In this document: in pieces, positions 16,745 through 27,591 of the stretch | Layout: every line of letters starts with the position of its first letter | Numbering within the stretch: position 1 is the first letter of the stretch | NCBI GenBank assembly: GCA_002340345.1 | Contig: DDLW01000378.1 | Coordinates: 1 to 44,103 of the forward strand | Source: Alphaproteobacteria bacterium UBA2562 | GTDB lineage: Bacteria > Pseudomonadota > Alphaproteobacteria > UBA2562 | Length of the DNA stretch: 44,103 nt | Direction: 5' to 3' | Translations under genes and position numbers: made by a program | Notes under the pieces: model-generated | Told to the model about the DNA's origin: nothing | The model's database searches: none | The model's input: only the letters and a program-made list of their open reading frames with translations

Positions 16745-18739
16745 TTATTTGCTTCTAGACGATTTTTTCAAATTTGCTCTCTGGGCTCTGGCCAAAGAGA
16801 TTGAAAATGTCCGTGATAATTCTTTCATCGCATCCGATCTTTTGACATATTCTTCATTCGCTTCCGAAACATCTTCAATGACCGTTGCCTTTAACTGGCC
16901 CAGAAACACTTCTTGCCCTTTCGCGCGTTTTTCTGCGGGGTCTGAATCCGGGACAAAATAAGCTAAAGCCTCTGCAAACATGTCCAAATTAGGCGCATTG
17001 GCCAAAAGATGGAGCATAATATCGGTGAGCTTCGCACGAATAAGAACATCCCTTTTAAAAGCAACCGTCTCTTTCTCATCTTCAAATTGCTCTTTAAGAT
17101 TGGTCAAAGAGCGCTCTGGAATTGCAAACTTTCCTTGCTGGAACAACTCTGCCGCGACAACAGGAACGCCAGGGCTTTTCTGCGACCCGATCACTTCCCA
17201 CCGCATGGCGTTCAACACATCACGGGTGAATTCATCGTCTTTGCGTTGCAAGAGCAAGCTATAGGCTTTGGTTGACGCTTTGAATTTATGAAAATAAGCA
17301 CGGGCTGTTTCTAGCCGCTCGCCCTCATTCTTTGGGGAGGGAGCAAGATCCCTTTCTTCAAAAACAACCTCATGCACATGGCGGCGCATGGCTTGGCCTT
17401 CTGCCACAACCGCCCGTGACAGCACAGAGCCTGTCTCATCTTTAAAAGCCGCATGATATAAGAACGGCGCCGGTAAAAAGCCGATATCTTCTTCAGGGTC
17501 CACGAGGCTCATGATTTTTTGACTAAGAGGGAAAAGTTTAGCCACGTCTCCCAAACAGTGGGCGAAGCCTCGGATCTGATCTGCCTGTAATTTCAGCAGC
17601 TGCACTGTTTGGCCAACAGCAAGCTTCGCCGCCCCTTCCATCAAATCATGGATGGTCAATTCGCGGCGATCCGGATTGTTCAAATCATAATAATCTTGCT
17701 GGACTTCGAGAAGTAAAGTCGTGATTTCACTGGGCAGCTTGAAGTTAGAGCTGGTGGTTTGACCTGCAAGCTCATTTAGGTCAGCCCGAATAGCCTTCAA
17801 TCTTGCCTTAAGCTCATTGGCAAAAATACGTTCTATATAGTCTTCAAACTGGGTGCCATCGGCCCACCAATCATGGCTGTCCAGATTTTGTGGTTCTTGG
17901 GCGTCATCATCAGATTTTGGGGACACAATGGTCAGAAAAAGGCTCGACATCGATTGCGCTTGTTGGGCGATCGATTGGAATGTCTCCGTTTTCTTAAAAG
18001 CCTCGATCTCTGTGTAGATTTGCATCGCTTGTTGCGGTGTCAGATTTTCACCGCCACGGCTGAGACGCACCTGGCTAAATGTTTGGCCATCACAGAGCAT
18101 TTCCGTCGCTTGGCCAGGATTGGCAATAAAGGCCCTGAGGAAACGTTCGACCATTTCCTCAATAGGCCCCATAAATTCTGACAAGGAATGGCCTGCGCGT
18201 TGTTGACGGTCACCTTCGGGAATAGGGAGCGCTTTACCGTTTTGGCAAAGGTTTTGAACATCACTGGCCCTGGCCAAAGACCGCATGTCTTTTGCCAAAT
18301 TTTGGATTTTCGTGAGCTCTCGCAATTTCATTTTCTGATGGCTGATATCCTCAGCAATCAGCAGGCCTGCATTGAAATCATGGTCGACATGGAGGCTTGC
18401 ATCGACTTCTATTTTCCAGGCAAGCGCTTTTTGCTCAAAGGCGCCGATGCGTTCAAACAGCTTAACAGCTTTATCGCAAAGATCGATCAACACATAATCT
18501 TCAGCCGCGAGCATGGCTTCTGTGCGTTTTTGGATGGTTGTCTCAATGCGTTGAATGGAAAGGCGCACAAAATTAATAATTAAATCAGAAATAATGCTCT
18601 TGACAAGACCACTATCAAGGGTAGTAGATTTCAGCAGTTTCGATGTGATTGGATAGAGCGCAGATTTTGCAACAATGGCCTCATATTTTGAGGCGCTAAT
18701 ATCCATGGTATCAGGCCCCCGTGACACCCGCTCGACCAT
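16745..18739 (-). CDS. Large hypothetical protein (664 aa), predicted mostly alpha-helical, with no recognisable catalytic motif
   Basis: Long uninterrupted ORF. I trimmed it to the ATG at 18739 (AAGGAG 5 nt upstream; MVERVSRGPD..). No Walker A, nuclease, HTH, signal peptide or TM segment is seen. Confidence 0.6.
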   Translation of the reverse strand: MVERVSRGPDTMDISASKYEAIVAKSALYPITSKLLKSTTLDSGLVKSIISDLIINFVRLSIQRIETTIQKRTEAMLAAEDYVLIDLCDKAVKLFERIGAFEQKALAWKIEVDASLHVDHDFNAGLLIAEDISHQKMKLRELTKIQNLAKDMRSLARASDVQNLCQNGKALPIPEGDRQQRAGHSLSEFMGPIEEMVERFLRAFIANPGQATEMLCDGQTFSQVRLSRGGENLTPQQAMQIYTEIEAFKKTETFQSIAQQAQSMSSLFLTIVSPKSDDDAQEPQNLDSHDWWADGTQFEDYIERIFANELKARLKAIRADLNELAGQTTSSNFKLPSEITTLLLEVQQDYYDLNNPDRRELTIHDLMEGAAKLAVGQTVQLLKLQADQIRGFAHCLGDVAKLFPLSQKIMSLVDPEEDIGFLPAPFLYHAAFKDETGSVLSRAVVAEGQAMRRHVHEVVFEERDLAPSPKNEGERLETARAYFHKFKASTKAYSLLLQRKDDEFTRDVLNAMRWEVIGSQKSPGVPVVAAELFQQGKFAIPERSLTNLKEQFEDEKETVAFKRDVLIRAKLTDIMLHLLANAPNLDMFAEALAYFVPDSDPAEKRAKGQEVFLGQLKATVIEDVSEANEEYVKRSDAMKELSRTFSISLARAQRANLKKSSRSK

Positions 18740-18876
18740 GTTGTCTCCTTTTGCAAAGACCATATCTATTTTGAAAAGGATATGGCCATATTTTATGAGG
18801 CTCTCACTTTCAGAGCGTTCTTGACAGCACCAAACCTCTTTAAAACCACCCCACCCTGCGGTCTCTTCCCACCATA

Positions 18877-20313
18877 TTACCCGGCAGACGTTCCCCCAAC
18901 TGTCAAACCATCAATGCGCATGGATGGCTGGCCAACCCCCACAGGAACCCCTTGCCCTTCTTTCCCACAGGTGCCAATCCCATCATCAAGCCGGCTATCA
19001 TTGCCAATCATGGTGACTTTGGTTAGCGCATCAGGACCATTGCCAATCAGAGTCGCCCCTTTTACGGCCTCGCCAATGTGGCCATTTTCAATTTTATAGG
19101 CTTCTGTACAACTAAAGACAAATTTTCCTGAAACAATATCGACTTGGCCGCCGCCGAAATTAACCGCATAAAGGCCATTTTTGACAGAGGCAATGATTTC
19201 TGCCGGGTCATGATTGCCATTTTGCATATAGGTATTGGTCATCCGGGGCAACGGTGTACAAGCATAAGATTGCCGACGACCATTCCCTGTCGGGGCCACG
19301 CCCATCAGCCGCGCATTCAAGCGGTCTTGCATATAACCTTTCAAGATCCCGTCTTCGATAAGAACGGTTCGCGCCGAGGCTGTTCCTTCATCATCAATCG
19401 TGAGAGATCCGCGCCGATCTGGAATGGTCCCATCATCGACAACGGTCACCCCTGGTGCGGCGACTCTTTCGCCGAGAAGACCAGAAAAAGCCGAGGTTTT
19501 TTTGCGGTTAAAATCTCCTTCAAGGCCGTGGCCAATGGCTTCATGCAACAAAATCCCAGGCCATCCTGGTCCGAGCACAACCTGCATTTCTCCAGCGGGG
19601 GCCTCCACAGACTCTAAATTCACCAAGGCCTGGCGCAAAGCTTCATCCGCTTGACGTTGCCAATGTGCCGCTTCAACCCATTGGTTATAGCTTGCACGCC
19701 CCCCAGCCCCGGAGGAGCCTGCTTCCTGACGATCCCCTTCCCCAACAACCACAGAGACATTGACGCGCACCAAAGGACGAACATCGGCAAAATGCTGGCC
19801 ATCGGCGCGCACAATCCGCACAGCTTGCCAACTGCCCCCCAGACTGGCCATCACTTGCCGCACCCGCGGATCTTTGCCCCGCACATAAGCATCAATATCG
19901 GCGAGCAGTTTCACCTTATCTTCAAAAGCCATCAGGGAGAGAGGATTATCCTCCCCATAAAGAGAACTCTTCGTGTTCGCAGGATGAATATCCATATGGC
20001 CTTGGCGGTTATGGCGCACTGCATTCACCGCCTGCGCCGCCCGCTGCAAAGCCGCAACGCTCAGATCAGACGCATGGGCAAAGCCTGTGGCTTCCCCCGA
20101 AATCGCACGCAGTCCAAAGCCATGGGAGGTATCAAAGCTGGCGGTTTTGAGCTTGCCATCGTCCCAGCCTAAGCTTTCTGATTGGCGGTATTCCATAAAC
20201 AGCTCGCCATCATCACAGCCTTGCAAAGCGGTTTCGACACAAGAATCGACCTGCGCGCGGTCTAGATCGAAGCGATTAAAGAAAAGATCATCGGTAATCG
20301 CGATATTAGACAT
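18877..20313 (-). CDS. tldD: Metalloprotease TldD
   Basis: HEAIGHGLEGD zinc motif and GGQVD..GKF near the C-terminus. I trimmed to the ATG at 20313 (MSNIAITDDLFF). Confidence 0.9.
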   Translation of the reverse strand: MSNIAITDDLFFNRFDLDRAQVDSCVETALQGCDDGELFMEYRQSESLGWDDGKLKTASFDTSHGFGLRAISGEATGFAHASDLSVAALQRAAQAVNAVRHNRQGHMDIHPANTKSSLYGEDNPLSLMAFEDKVKLLADIDAYVRGKDPRVRQVMASLGGSWQAVRIVRADGQHFADVRPLVRVNVSVVVGEGDRQEAGSSGAGGRASYNQWVEAAHWQRQADEALRQALVNLESVEAPAGEMQVVLGPGWPGILLHEAIGHGLEGDFNRKKTSAFSGLLGERVAAPGVTVVDDGTIPDRRGSLTIDDEGTASARTVLIEDGILKGYMQDRLNARLMGVAPTGNGRRQSYACTPLPRMTNTYMQNGNHDPAEIIASVKNGLYAVNFGGGQVDIVSGKFVFSCTEAYKIENGHIGEAVKGATLIGNGPDALTKVTMIGNDSRLDDGIGTCGKEGQGVPVGVGQPSMRIDGLTVGGTSAG

Positions 20314-20452
20314 TCCTGCACAACTCCTGGTCAATTTGTTCTTTATGCCCCATAGAAAGTGATACTTAGAAGCGCAGAGGTCAAGCCTTTCCGTATGATC
20401 GCCTCAACACGATATGAGGGGACCTTCTACAAAAGGCCCCCTCATATCCCAC

Positions 20453-20486
20453 AAAAAGCTTTTTGAGAGACTTTTTCTCGAAAAAG
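20453..20486 (-). repeat. 34-nt double-palindrome repeat, copy 2 (inverted)
   Basis: This is the perfect reverse complement of 8914-8947. It lies next to a GC hairpin (ATGAGGGG..CCCCCTCAT, 20413-20448), just as copy 1 lies next to the 8961-8996 hairpin. Confidence 0.9.
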
Positions 20487-20587
20487 TCGCCTTAAATTTT
20501 CGCGCAAGCGAAAAAGCCAGTCTTATCGCAAAGCGCGTTAAAGAAAACGCCTTTCACCGGCATCAGGTTAAAAACGAAAAACGCGCC

Positions 20588-23500
20588 TCAGCTACACCCG
20601 CTGGTACCGCCACACGTATCACACTTTAAACATGTCCCATTACGGACCAAAGTGAAATTACCACATTCCCCACAAGGATCCCCTTCATAGCCTTTCATGC
20701 GGGCTTCATGCACCTTCATCGCTTTTGTACTTCCCTGCGGCTTTGCAGCGGGTGCCTGGCTCAGCGCTTGTGCCCGCACCCCTTCTTTCACAGCCTCTCC
20801 CTCTGTCGGCAAGGGCTGGGTTGTCGTCATATAGAGGCTTTCCTCTGTGGCTTCAAAACCGCCAGGTCCATGGGGATCCAAACCATCTGTCCCGGTCGCA
20901 CCACCACTATAGACGAGAAAACGATTGCGGACATATCCCGTCGACGCCACTTGCCGTACCACTTCAACATGGCGACCGACATCTTCTTGTCCTTCTGGTG
21001 CGCCTCTCTCGCCTTTTGCCACACCGACACTATCAGGCATCAGATCATCTGGCTGGACATGGGCGAGATCATCACGACCGAGGTAAGATACCGCCAATTC
21101 TCGGAACAAATAATCAATAATCGAGGTCGCCATTTTGATGGTGTCATTGCCCTCGACCATGCCAGAGGGCTCAAAACGGGTAAAGGTAAACGCATCGACA
21201 AATTCTTCGAGGGGAACCCCATATTGCAGCGCAATGGAAATCGCAATCGCAAAATTATTCATCAAAGAGCGGAAGGCTGCCCCTTCTTTATGCATATCGA
21301 TGAAAATCTCGCCTAAAGCGCCGTCTTCGAACTCCCCGGTGCGGAGATAGACCTTATGTCCCCCCACAACAGCTTTTTGAGTATAGCCTTTCCGGCGATT
21401 TGGCATACGACGACGATGGGCCACCAAAGTTTCAACCATATTTTCGGTTAAGCGTTCGGCGACCAAAGTGCCACGCTCTGCTGCGGGGGCCGCGATCAAT
21501 TTCTCAAGGGCTGTCTCTTCGCCCTCCTCCTCTTCTTGGTCCTCTTCAAACCCAAGAAGAGAGGCATTCAGGGGCTGGGACAGTTTCGAGCCATCACGAT
21601 AAAGCGCATTGGCTTTCAGACCAAGCGTCCAAGACAAACGATACGCCTCTAAACATTCTTCTACCGTTGCGCTATTGGCCATATTGATGGTTTTTGAAAT
21701 CGCGCCAGAAATAAAGGGCTGGGCCGCTGCCATCATCTGGATATGGGCATTGACGGATAAGAACCGCTTGCCGATCCGCCCACAAGGCGAGGCGCAATCA
21801 AAAACCGGAAGATGTTCGGCCTTAAGACCAGGCGCCCCTTCTAAAGTCATCGCCCCACAGCAAAATAAATTGGCAAGGTCGATGTCCCGACGTGAAAAGC
21901 CGAGGGCCGCGAGCATATCAAAGCTCACATCATCCAGCTGCTGTTGCGAAATCCCGAGAACATTGAGGCAGAACTCATCCCCTAACGTCCAACGATTAAA
22001 GACAAACTTAATATCAAAGGCACTGCCCAAGCCATCTTCAACCGCGTCCAGCTGGGTTTGGGCAAAGCCAAGTTGGCGCAACTTGTCATGGTTAATCCCA
22101 GGCGCGCCTTTTAAAGTGCCATGCCCGGTCGCATATTTAACAATCGTATCCATTTGATTGTCATCATATCCAAGCTTTTTCAAAGCCAAAGGCACCATGC
22201 GGTTAATAATTTTGAAATAGCCACCCCCGGCCAATTTCTTGAATTTCACAATCGCAAAGTCAGGTTCAATGCCTGTCGTATCGCAATCCATGACGAGACC
22301 AATGGTCCCTGTGGGCGCAATCACACTGACTTGCGCATTGCGATAGCCATATTCCTCGCCGAGATTCACAGCTGTGTCCCAAGCTTTACAAGCGGCATCC
22401 ACAATCGCCACTTGCGGGCAGGCTTCCCGGTTCAAAGGCACAGGTCTAATCGATAGGCCTTCATAACCGCTGCTTTCCCCTAAAGCGGCACGGCGATGAT
22501 TGCGCATTACCTGTAGCATTGCCTCGCGATTGGGCGCATAGCCAGGGAAAGCGCCCATCTCACTCGCCATCTCGGCGGAGCATGCATAGGCAACCCCCGT
22601 CATCAAAGCTGTAATCGCACCGCAAAATTGCCGGCCTTTCTCACTGTCATAGCCCAAACCAGAGGCCATTAAGAGACCGCCTAAATTCGCATAGCCAAGC
22701 CCCAATGTCCGATAACGGTAAGACCGCTCTGCAATTTCACGCGATGGGAACTGTGCCATGAGCACAGAAATTTCCAAAGTGATGGTCCAAAGGCGCGAAG
22801 CATGGGCAAAGCCTTCAATATCAAATGCCCCATCCGCCTTGAGAAAGCGCATTAAATTCAAAGAGGCCAAATTGCAGGCGGTATCATCCAAGAACATATA
22901 TTCAGAACAAGGATTGGACGCATTAATGCGCCCGGAATTGGGACAAGTATGCCATTCATTAATCGTCGTGTCATATTGAATGCCGGGATCTGCGGACGAC
23001 CAAGCCGCAAAACCAATATCTTGCCAAATCTTATCGGCCTTAATGGTTTTTGATACTTTGCCGTCGGTGCGACGGATGAGATCCCAATCTCCACCCGCAA
23101 GCGCCTTTTCAAGAAACCCATTGGTGACCCGCACGGAATTGTTGGAATTCTGGCCTGAAACGGTCAGATAGGCCTCAGAATCCCAATCCGTGTCATAGGT
23201 CCGGAAGTCCAGGCCTTCATAGCCTTGACGGGCCAATTGTAGAATGCGTTGGACATAGTTTTCAGGAATAAGGGCCTTCCGTGCGGCTTTAATCGCTTTA
23301 CGAAGCGCTTTGTTTTCTTTCGGATCAAAATTCTGGTCATCGCCCCCAGAACCATCCTGGCCCTCTAAATCCGGATGGTGGCAGGCCTGCATCACGGCAT
23401 TCAGATGCTTTTCACATTGTTTAGAGCCCGTGACCAAAGCCGCTACTTTTTGCTCTTCAACGACTTTCCAGGTGATATAGTCTTCGATATCCGGGTGATC

Positions 23501-24355
23501 GACATCAATGGTCACCATTTTAGCAGCCCGGCGCGTTGTGCCACCCGATTTAATGGCCCCCGCCGCCCGATCGCCGATTTTCAAGAAACTCATCAAACCA
23601 GAAGACCGCCCGCCGCCGGACAAGGATTCTCCAAGCCCTCGTAAGGACGAAAAATTGGTCCCGGTCCCAGATCCATATTTGAACAGCCGCGCTTCACGGA
23701 CCCAAAGATCCATAATGCCGCCCTCATTCACCAGATCATCACGGATCGACTGAATGAAACAAGCATGGGGTTGCGGATGCTCATAGGCTGATTGCGATGG
23801 CATCCATTCACCGGTTTCCCAATCAACATAAGAATGCCCCTGGGCAGGCCCATCGATGCCATAGGCCCAATGAAGCCCCGTATTGAACCATTGTGGTGAA
23901 TTCGGGGCCGCCATTTGATGGCACAACATATAGCGCATCTCATCAAAATAGGCGCGGGCATCTTTTTCTTGATCGAAGACACCCGCTTTCCAGCCCCAAT
24001 AGGTCCATGTCCCAGCCAACCGATCAAAGACCTGACGGGCATCTTTTTCGCCTTCTTTGCGGGCTGAGACAGGAAGCGCCATGAGGCCATCTTTGTCTTC
24101 TTCTTTGCGCCACAACCAAGACGGAACATTGTCCTCTTCCACAGGCTTTAAGCGTGTTGGAATCCCTGCTTTGCGAAAGTATTTTTGCGCTAAAATATCA
24201 CAAGCGACCTGGGACCAATTGGCTGGCACTTGAATATTTTGGAACTTCGAGATCACCGTTCCATCCGGGTTGCGAATTTCGCTATTGGCACTCCGAAACA
24301 CGACATCCTCATAAGGGGAGGTCTCAGCTTTTGTGAAACGGCGCTCTACGAGCAT
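20588..24355 (-). CDS. nrdJ: Class II (adenosylcobalamin-dependent) ribonucleoside-diphosphate reductase, long alphaproteobacterial type
   Basis: [21 protein letters not shown] active-site region and a C-terminal Cys-rich tail ([28 protein letters not shown]). Length is about 1255 aa after trimming to the ATG at 24355 ([18 protein letters not shown]). Confidence 0.9.
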   Translation of the reverse strand: MLVERRFTKAETSPYEDVVFRSANSEIRNPDGTVISKFQNIQVPANWSQVACDILAQKYFRKAGIPTRLKPVEEDNVPSWLWRKEEDKDGLMALPVSARKEGEKDARQVFDRLAGTWTYWGWKAGVFDQEKDARAYFDEMRYMLCHQMAAPNSPQWFNTGLHWAYGIDGPAQGHSYVDWETGEWMPSQSAYEHPQPHACFIQSIRDDLVNEGGIMDLWVREARLFKYGSGTGTNFSSLRGLGESLSGGGRSSGLMSFLKIGDRAAGAIKSGGTTRRAAKMVTIDVDHPDIEDYITWKVVEEQKVAALVTGSKQCEKHLNAVMQACHHPDLEGQDGSGGDDQNFDPKENKALRKAIKAARKALIPENYVQRILQLARQGYEGLDFRTYDTDWDSEAYLTVSGQNSNNSVRVTNGFLEKALAGGDWDLIRRTDGKVSKTIKADKIWQDIGFAAWSSADPGIQYDTTINEWHTCPNSGRINASNPCSEYMFLDDTACNLASLNLMRFLKADGAFDIEGFAHASRLWTITLEISVLMAQFPSREIAERSYRYRTLGLGYANLGGLLMASGLGYDSEKGRQFCGAITALMTGVAYACSAEMASEMGAFPGYAPNREAMLQVMRNHRRAALGESSGYEGLSIRPVPLNREACPQVAIVDAACKAWDTAVNLGEEYGYRNAQVSVIAPTGTIGLVMDCDTTGIEPDFAIVKFKKLAGGGYFKIINRMVPLALKKLGYDDNQMDTIVKYATGHGTLKGAPGINHDKLRQLGFAQTQLDAVEDGLGSAFDIKFVFNRWTLGDEFCLNVLGISQQQLDDVSFDMLAALGFSRRDIDLANLFCCGAMTLEGAPGLKAEHLPVFDCASPCGRIGKRFLSVNAHIQMMAAAQPFISGAISKTINMANSATVEECLEAYRLSWTLGLKANALYRDGSKLSQPLNASLLGFEEDQEEEEGEETALEKLIAAPAAERGTLVAERLTENMVETLVAHRRRMPNRRKGYTQKAVVGGHKVYLRTGEFEDGALGEIFIDMHKEGAAFRSLMNNFAIAISIALQYGVPLEEFVDAFTFTRFEPSGMVEGNDTIKMATSIIDYLFRELAVSYLGRDDLAHVQPDDLMPDSVGVAKGERGAPEGQEDVGRHVEVVRQVASTGYVRNRFLVYSGGATGTDGLDPHGPGGFEATEESLYMTTTQPLPTEGEAVKEGVRAQALSQAPAAKPQGSTKAMKVHEARMKGYEGDPCGECGNFTLVRNGTCLKCDTCGGTSGCS

Positions 24356-24556
24356 CGGCGCAATCCTTTCTAACACTCTTCTGAAACTTTTAAACCCTGT
24401 TTTGCCCTCTTTCAGGGGAAAGGCAAAAAGACAACTCTTGCGTGTAAATCTCTTCCCACAGCAGAGATCTAACCATTGCCCCATGAGAAAATTTTGAGCG
24501 AAAACATCTCTACATTCGCTCCATATGATGAAGCAAAGGGAAAAAAATTCACAGTG

Positions 24557-24615
24557 CCTTGAGGCAAATCATGGGGCCTTGAGGCAAATCATGGGGGCTT
24601 TGAGGTGAATTGGGG
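24557..24615. repeat. Three tandem ~20-nt direct repeats in the nrdJ leader
   Basis: CCTTGAGGCAAATCATGGGG / CCTTGAGGCAAATCATGGGGG / CTTTGAGGTGAATTGGGG, head to tail. Confidence 0.85.
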
Positions 24616-24639
24616 CCGAAGCCTTGAATGCGCTTCAGC

Positions 24640-24686
24640 CCCCTATCTATGTTGGTTGCCCCCATACTGCCCACTAGATATGGGGT
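24640..24686 (-). promoter_or_regulatory. Candidate tandem NrdR boxes upstream of nrdJ
   Basis: CCCCTATCTATGTTGG (24640-24655) and CCACTAGATATGGGGT (24671-24686). By hand they match the remembered NrdR consensus acaCwAtATaTwGtgt at about 10/16 and 12/16 positions. The start-to-start spacing is 31 bp, the typical tandem-box phasing. Confidence 0.5.
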
Positions 24687-24985
24687 CTGCAAGTGTCTTT
24701 TGACAGCAGAGCCGCACGGGGTGCGTCATAAAATGATCATCGCCTGGGCACGCCCTCGGCAGAAATGACCGGATTCCGTGCTGTTGGGCTTTTCTGGATC
24801 TTGAGGAAAACGTCTTAAAAAAAACCATCTTTCCCATCATAGGAAGCTCAGTTGGCGGTTGAAAAAGGATCTTGACGGAAAATGGTAAAATGAAGCGTCA
24901 AAAGCGACTCTGCGGCGTTCCTGTGATGACTCGGTGACGACTCCATGACATGGTTAATTTACACCATTTTCCCTCAAAAATCGCT

Positions 24986-25027
24986 CTCTAGAGCATTTCG
25001 CTTTTAATTTGAATCACGCAAAATGCT
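24986..25027. repeat. Intergenic modular repeat, copy E (hairpin module only)
   Basis: CTCTAGAGCATTTCGCTTTTAATTTGAATCACGCAAAATGCT closely parallels the first 40 nt of copy F. It abuts the MCP stop codon. Confidence 0.7.
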
Positions 25028-25034
25028 TAACAGC

Positions 25035-27035
25035 TCATGGCTTTTCAGAAGATGCAACCATCCCCCGGATATTAGAGAGAAGCACCTCAATACAACGGAA
25101 AAGGGCTTCACATTGTGCGGCAACATCTTGAGAGGATTGTTGGACCTGGGACGAGGCTGCGCTCGATTCAGCAGCACTGGTCGCTGTAAACTGCACCATC
25201 TCAGACAAGGCCTGGCTACCATCGGCGGCAATCTGTGTGTGATGATCAATCGCCGTAGAGGTTTCCGTTTGTTGATCCACAGCATTAGAGACAAGATTCA
25301 TGAGATTATCCATGCGTTCGATGGCTTCTTTCACCAACTGCATGGCGCTTGATGTCGCTTGCACAACGGTTAAGAGCTCATCAATATTCTCAGAAATATC
25401 ATTCGTTGCGCGGGCTGTTTGATTGGCCAGAGACTTCACTTCATTGGCCACCACAGCAAATCCCTTGCCGGCTTCTCCAGCGCGCGCTGCTTCGATGGTC
25501 GCGTTTAAAGCTAAGAGGTTTGTTTGCTCGGCAATATCTCGTATAAGCTGCACAACATCTGCAATGCGGGCCGCTGCTCCGTCTAGGGCTTCAACCTCAC
25601 CGCTGGCTTGTTGCGCCCGATTCACCGCCTCCAAGGCCGTTGCACTGCTTTCTTTCACATGTTGCTCAATATCAGAAATCGATTGGGTTAACAGGCTGAC
25701 GGCGCCCGTAACAGCGCCGATTGAGGCCGTTGTGCTTTCGGCATTGGTGACAGCTTTATGGCTTTCTTCCTGGGTGCGCACGGCCAGATACGCCATCGCC
25801 TGGGCTGTTGCTTCTAACTCAGAGGCAGCGCTACTAACGTTTTTCAGGGAAACGCCAACCGAATCTTCAATCTGGTCAGCTGTTTGCAATAAAGAGTCCC
25901 GACGTTCTGCTTTCGCTTTTTGCTCTTGTTCATTGAAAAGAACACGCTGATGTTCCGCCTCCTGAAGTTTCACCCTAAAATCGTCTAAGAGAACCAGCAT
26001 TTCACCAAATTCATCACGACGATCTTGTCCTGCCACGGGCCTGTCCAATTGCCCCTTTTGCACGCGCGACATGGACTGTTTAAAGATCCGAACACCATTT
26101 TGAATACGACGCCCAATAAGCAATGTGAAACCAAGACCGACAACCCCGAAAACACCCGCCAAGATCAAAGAGATTTGGCTAAAGCTTTCATGGTCTTCTT
26201 GGCCTTTGACAACTGACTCTTGACTGCGTTCACTGAGCTGATTGGTAATTTTCTGAATTTCCGTTTCTAATGTTCTGAGAATATTTTGCGCTTCACCTTT
26301 ACGCTTGACCAATCTTTCATTGACATCTGCAAATATTTCAAAGCTTTCGATATAATGCTTTAAAGTTTTTGTCATGAATTTTTTATATTCAGGTGGTCTT
26401 TCAAGCTTTAAAAGACTTTGTTCAAATTCTTTTTGTCTTTTCTTAATCCGTGAGAAATATTTCTCTTTATTTCCACGAATAATATAATCTTTTTCATGAT
26501 GACGCATCATCAGCATAAGAACCGTCATTTCATTCAACAGATCTATATCTTCTGGATAGTCTTCACGATCTTGCTTCAAAAGAGCTTCAATTTCATGGAC
26601 AGCACTACGCAACATTCCACGATAGCCTAAATCCTCACTCACCCCACGATAACGCACGTCCCAAAGAATATGGTAGAATGTTTGTGTATATAAGGTCACA
26701 GCCTCTGTGACGGGTTGTGTCTCTAATCCTAGGCTTCGTGCAGCTTGAAAACCTGTCTGCATTTCCTTTAAGGCGTTGAGGTCTTGCTTCACATTGCTTA
26801 AGTCAGAATTCACCGTTGCCGCGATATAGCCCTTTTGAACGATCAGGAGGTCTGTCAGCATATCGCTAATATCTGTTAAGCCCGCAACACTTGCTGTCAT
26901 AGTTGTCGAAACTTTTTCTTGGCTATCTTTAAGGGCTAATTGCAGCCCAATATTAATAAAAGCTGTTATAAGCGGAATTGCTGCAATAAAAATCAAAGCT
27001 GTTCGAATGCGACCAAAAGCAAAAAAATTCATCAC
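25035..27035 (-). CDS. Methyl-accepting chemotaxis protein
   Basis: Two TM segments flank a ~250-aa helical periplasmic domain. A HAMP region follows, then the highly conserved signalling hairpin ([37 protein letters not shown]). Confidence 0.92.
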   Translation of the reverse strand: MMNFFAFGRIRTALIFIAAIPLITAFINIGLQLALKDSQEKVSTTMTASVAGLTDISDMLTDLLIVQKGYIAATVNSDLSNVKQDLNALKEMQTGFQAARSLGLETQPVTEAVTLYTQTFYHILWDVRYRGVSEDLGYRGMLRSAVHEIEALLKQDREDYPEDIDLLNEMTVLMLMMRHHEKDYIIRGNKEKYFSRIKKRQKEFEQSLLKLERPPEYKKFMTKTLKHYIESFEIFADVNERLVKRKGEAQNILRTLETEIQKITNQLSERSQESVVKGQEDHESFSQISLILAGVFGVVGLGFTLLIGRRIQNGVRIFKQSMSRVQKGQLDRPVAGQDRRDEFGEMLVLLDDFRVKLQEAEHQRVLFNEQEQKAKAERRDSLLQTADQIEDSVGVSLKNVSSAASELEATAQAMAYLAVRTQEESHKAVTNAESTTASIGAVTGAVSLLTQSISDIEQHVKESSATALEAVNRAQQASGEVEALDGAAARIADVVQLIRDIAEQTNLLALNATIEAARAGEAGKGFAVVANEVKSLANQTARATNDISENIDELLTVVQATSSAMQLVKEAIERMDNLMNLVSNAVDQQTETSTAIDHHTQIAADGSQALSEMVQFTATSAAESSAASSQVQQSSQDVAAQCEALFRCIEVLLSNIRGMVASSEKP

Positions 27036-27413
27036 AATCCACCTATACAGGGTATAACTTATTGTCTATAGAACAAAGCTGATCATAAGAGCTTTTACAT
27101 CTTGATTTTCTCATAAACCGATGACAGAAAAAGCATTATAACCTCAAAAATCTTCTATTTAATTTCACAATCTCAGAGAAAGCATCAGAGCGTGAAATGT
27201 AATTTATTTAGAGATTATAATTTATATGATCTACAATTAACTTAAAAGCAAATTTCTTTTTAGCAATTCTCAATACTGATTTTTTTTAATTGAGAACAAA
27301 ACGCGTTAATAGAGACTCCCCCTTTCATGCCCTTCTCTCCAGAGCCTGCGTTTCATCATCATCTCATGAAACGCGCGCGCTTTATGCCACAGGCTGATAC
27401 CACCAATAGGCCA

Positions 27414-27451
27414 TAAAAAACCCAGATCTGGCGAGGGGAGCCAGATCTGGG
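27414..27451 (-). terminator. Rho-independent terminator about 140 nt downstream of mcd
   Basis: CCCAGATCTGGC-7 nt-GCCAGATCTGGG, a perfect 12-bp stem followed on the minus strand by TTTTTTAT. Confidence 0.75.
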
Positions 27452-27591
27452 ATACGGGGAAGTTTTAAGGGGAAAAGCCCCCCTGTTCTGGTGCTACGCC
27501 CTTGGCATCTTCTTAGCGGATGCCATAGCACCGTGATCGGCTTCTTTTCGGCCGTTTATGGGTGTTCAGTCAATAGCAACGCACGGAGACT

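Noticed and set aside
20414-20629. A 71-aa ORF between tldD and nrdJ
   Set aside because: It spans a terminator-like hairpin and the 34-nt repeat, and it runs into the nrdJ 3' end on the opposite strand.
20708-24336. Many 60-200 aa ORFs antisense to or overlapping nrdJ (for example 20708..21316, 21609..22157, 23728..24129)
   Set aside because: They lie entirely inside a 1255-aa ORF with unmistakable RNR motifs. Their translations are low-complexity or Arg/Pro-rich, as expected for out-of-frame reads of a coding region.
24643-24840. A 65-aa ORF upstream of nrdJ
   Set aside because: It overlaps the candidate NrdR boxes and promoter region, and it has no RBS or recognisable motif.
24356-25034. 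Cobalamin riboswitch upstream of nrdJ (also considered upstream of ecm, 30940-31349)
   Set aside because: I could not find a B12-box-like GCCACTG core or the expected conserved helices by eye on either strand. A covariance-model scan would be needed to exclude it formally.
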